A stretch of 24,902 bases of DNA, taken from Catajapyx aquilonaris. Its lineage: Eukaryota. Below the pieces are notes generated by a model. That model searched no databases and was not told the origin of the DNA. It saw only the letters and a list, made by a program, of their open reading frames with translations. Positions 21,940-24,902 of this stretch are shown here, piece by piece; position 1 is the first letter of the stretch; each line of letters starts with the position of its first letter. The stretch lies in assembly GCA_000934665.2 (NCBI GenBank), contig KZ538048.1, forward strand, positions 124,001-148,902, written 5' to 3'. The position numbers were made by a program, and so were the translations under genes.

Positions 21940-22341
21940 TATAATTTGAAGTCATATGTGATGGTGATTTTCATGTGCAGGTAACTGCAGGGGTACAATG
22001 CAGGGTAATCACAAAAGTATTCTCCCTCCCTCAATAGTGTTTGAACAGGTATTGACCACTGAAAGGTTTTGGTTCAGCCCTCCAATTTTCCCCTCCACAT
22101 TCCCTCTGGGCATTCCCACTCCCCCTAGGAGGGAACCCATTTGCCTACTGGGAACTTCATTAAACAGTGGGAGGGAGAGTGCATGACGTCACAGGTCTGG
22201 GCTGCGAACACACTAGGGGTGAGCATGCTGTCTGTCAGTTAGCCCCCATGCAATGCAGGGGGGACTTTGCAATTATCTTTAACATGGAACTTAGCCTGGC
22301 ACAGTGAAATAATTGTAAGCTAACTTATCCATTCTTTCCAG

Positions 22342-22534
22342 ACACCAAATGGGGATCTGGAAGAGAAACTGGAGCGGCTCAACCTGTGTGACAACCAAGC
22401 GCAAAAAGACATGGACCATATTTCTCGTGTTACCTCTCAGGCACCAATGGATACTGGTGGCTCAATGGGAAGAAAGGCATCTGCCACTCTCATGGAGATT
22501 GAGCGGAACAGGCAGATACTGCTGGTCAAGCAAG
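22342..22534 (+). CDS. PHLDB1: PHLDB-family exon J
   Basis: attctttccAG acceptor and caaG|GTAAGT donor, phase 0/1. Stop-free frame TPNGDLEEKLERL...DMDHISRVTSQAP...GSMGRKASATLMEIERNRQILLVKQ. Not in the ORF track. Confidence 0.85.
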
Positions 22535-22594
22535 GTAAGTAATTAACTATCTCATGTTTTCACAACCAGATTAATGGTTGCTTTTGGTATTCAG

Positions 22595-22769
22595 GCACTA
22601 TGGTGATAGAGGAAGAGCGCAAAAGGGTGCAGGAACTGAAGAAGAGGGTTCAGGATGAAGTGAGGGCTCAGTGGGAGGAGAGGAAGCAGAGGGAGGCCAA
22701 CTGCCATAGCCTGAACAGCGTGGGAAGTGAGGATTCCAGTATCACCAGTAGTGATGTACCAACTGAAAG
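22595..22769 (+). CDS. PHLDB1: PHLDB-family exon K; the gene continues beyond the window
   Basis: ggtattcAG acceptor after a 60-nt intron and ag|GTATGT donor, phase 1/2. Encodes (G)TMVIEEERKRVQELKKRVQDEVRAQWEERKQREANCHSLNSVGSEDSSITSSDVPTE. Confidence 0.88.
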
Positions 22770-23089
22770 GTATGTATGGGTTCTTAGGAGTTTACTAATA
22801 TTATTTTTTGTCATTTTTAAATATTCATTTTTATGCTGAAAGCTGCAGGAAATATATCTGGGTAGGCACTAGGTGCAGTCAATAAAAAACGAGCCGAATT
22901 TATTGTGGAAAACCTATGGGACAGACAATAATGCTGTTTGGCAGGGATATCCTCTAAACTTTTAGAATATGATGTGCATGCACATGTGCAGTTAGAGGGA
23001 GCAAGTGTCACATCACATGACCGAAAAGGAAGCAACTCATTGTAAGCTCTGTCTAGTCAATAAATAACAAGCTGATGGCTATACTCGTA

Positions 23090-23630
23090 TGAAGGTTACC
23101 TTTTGACTTTTTCAAAAGTGATGATTTGTACCAGCCCTATGGCACTCCTCGAATACGGTAGTGTAATATCTGTGTCCCTTGTTTCGCTAATCCGCCATCT
23201 TGATCAAGGTGCACCTCGGGGGGTAGGTAGCGGGTGAGTCTGCTGCGATTGGCTCGATATTCCTTTGCTTCTGCAGACTTATCACTTGAGTGCACCTTGA
23301 AAAAGATGGCGGCTAGCGAACACTGTAGCACCGCCAGCGCCAAAATCCGGGCCTAGCGGAGACCCACAAATTAAACTACCTTATCCATACAACTAAGGGG
23401 GAAGTGACAGGGGGCTGATTTGTACATTTGCCCCACTGAGACACTGGGCTTACAATTTCCTTCTCATAGAAGTCCTTGGATTGTTCCTGGAACCACATCC
23501 AAACTCTTTCCTTCACTTCATCATCAGTCAGTAATCGGCATCCGCACAAAGCTTTCTTCAGTTCACCAAAAACATGCAAGTCACAGGGTGACAGGTCAGT
23601 ACTGTAGTGATGGGATGGCTGAGGACTTCC
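23090..23630 (-). pseudogene. mariner transposase C-terminal remnant, split by a hAT MITE
   Basis: Minus strand reads HYSTDLSPCDLHVFGELKKALCGCRLLTDDEVKERVWMWFQEQSKDFYEKEIVSPVSQWGKCTN, and continues (HHF*) on the other side of the 23132-23417 insert. Confidence 0.8.
23132..23417. mobile_element. hAT-like MITE (286 bp)
   Basis: CAGCCC...GGGCTG termini (12/15 inverted match) and 8-bp TSD ATTTGTAC (23124-23131, 23418-23425). Internal ~31-bp inverted repeat containing CCGCCATCTT..TCAAGGTGCAC. Confidence 0.8.
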
Positions 23631-24807
23631 CATTTCAATTTATGCATGAGATCTTCAATAATATTTGCTATATATCATGGGATTCTCACATGCAAGGACT
23701 GTGCTTGGACAGCACTTTCAGTGGGTTGCTTCCCTTTTGATCACGTGATGTGACACTTGCTCCTGCTAGCCTCTAGCGGCACATGCGCATAAATTTCCTT
23801 AAGATTTGTAGGTTAACCCTGCCATTTCCTGTCCCATAGGTATTCCATAATTAAGTTGGCTCATTTTTTATTGACTACATCTAGTAGTATAAGGGCGAGT
23901 CAAACAAAAGTTAGCCAAGGTGGTTACGTTGGAAAGTATTGCCTTAATATGAAAAAATTCACAATTTGTCCCACTGTCAACCTACGAGGTAGGAGCCAAA
24001 GGTCCAAGGAACCTTGGTCTGCTAGGTGGGCACCATCGAGACGGGTTATTTGAATTTGAAATTGAAATGTCACTTTCCATTTTGTGCGGTCCTGTAGGAC
24101 TGGAGATGCCTCTGAATCAGGCTTGGTGATGCCTTATCAGAGATGCTGAAAATATTCACATATGTACTCCATCCCACATGCAAGCCTCAGTTATGCCACA
24201 TGTGCTTTAGGTCAATTTCAATTCCTGCTTTGATGAAGGGTGCATCACCGAAAGTGGCGACACTGTAGTGGGGCGATCAGCCGTGGGAGATGTCGCGAAC
24301 GTATTATTCCTTCTGCCTGGAGGCAGTGCTTGTGGGGGCAACCCCTCCTCCCTCCCGCTCGCCCACCCGCCATCACCAATTCCTCGCCAATTCCCATGTG
24401 ACTGTATGTAAACATGGCGGAAGCGTGGGCGGAAGAGATGGCCGTCCGAGCACCACGCACTTTCAGCTTCGGGATTTCTAAATTTCGCGATTTACTTCCT
24501 AAATTGTAATGAATGGTCAGGAATTTCTTGACGCTCATTGGCCTGATATTAACGACTAAGAAACACGAATGTAACATTTTTGGACATTGAATTTGGCATG
24601 TTACAGCTGATTCATTGGAGGAAGTAGGCAGAAATGGAAAAAAAATGCAAGGTATATCGCCCCATGGCTGCTTGTCAACAGCTAGCACTGGTTCAAAGGT
24701 TGGCTTTGATGCAGCTGGCTATGAGTAAAATAAAAGATGGCTGGCTCATCCAGATGTGTCCGATGACAAGGCGCGGGATTTAAAGATAATTTATTATTTA
24801 TTATTTA

Positions 24808-24902
24808 CTAGCAGGTTACCCGGCGTTGCCCGGGTATGTTGGGGTGCTGGTAAAGATAGGGGTACATATCTGTGATAGATTACCTGCTTGTCTTATAGCG
24901 TA
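24808..24902 (-). mobile_element. Helitron 3' terminus (element extends beyond the window)
   Basis: Minus strand reads TACCCGGGCAACGCCGGGTA-ACCTG-CTAG|T, a GC-rich hairpin a few nt upstream of a CTAG end followed by T. Confidence 0.75.

Larger units (their letters stand above)
22869..23884. mobile_element. degraded long-TIR mariner-like element
   Basis: CTAGGTGCAGTCAATAAAAAACGAGCC versus GGCTCATTTTTTATTGACTACATCTAG|TA. Inverted similarity extends about 190 bp (e.g. GGAGCAAGTGTCACATCAC/GTGATGTGACACTTGCTCC). Confidence 0.7.

Noticed and set aside
24245..24688. 147-aa minus-strand ORF in a CpG-rich block
   Set aside because: No recognisable domain or splice context; likely part of an unresolved TE.

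Overview
Eukaryotic genomic DNA, most likely from an invertebrate (arthropod-like), and not prokaryotic. The window lies inside one large + strand gene, a PHLDB/LL5-family scaffold (FHA domain, Pro/Ser-rich linker, long coiled coils). I reconstruct 11 internal GT-AG exons with matching phases (2725 nt, about 908 codons). The start codon and the C-terminal PH domain lie outside the window. Four introns are tiny (57-68 nt). The large introns are packed with DNA transposons: a full-length but dead DD34D mariner in a four-level nest, several fold-back or long-TIR elements (including mariner 5'-5' and 3'-3' fold-backs), hAT, PIF/Harbinger, piggyBac-like, Kolobok-like and Spy-like MITEs, an 80-bp MADE1-shaped hairpin, and a Helitron 3' end. 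I found no evidence of a new protein-coding system. The most unusual signals are the element architecture, the very high density of long intronic hairpins in one pre-mRNA, and a CpG-decay signature of methylation.
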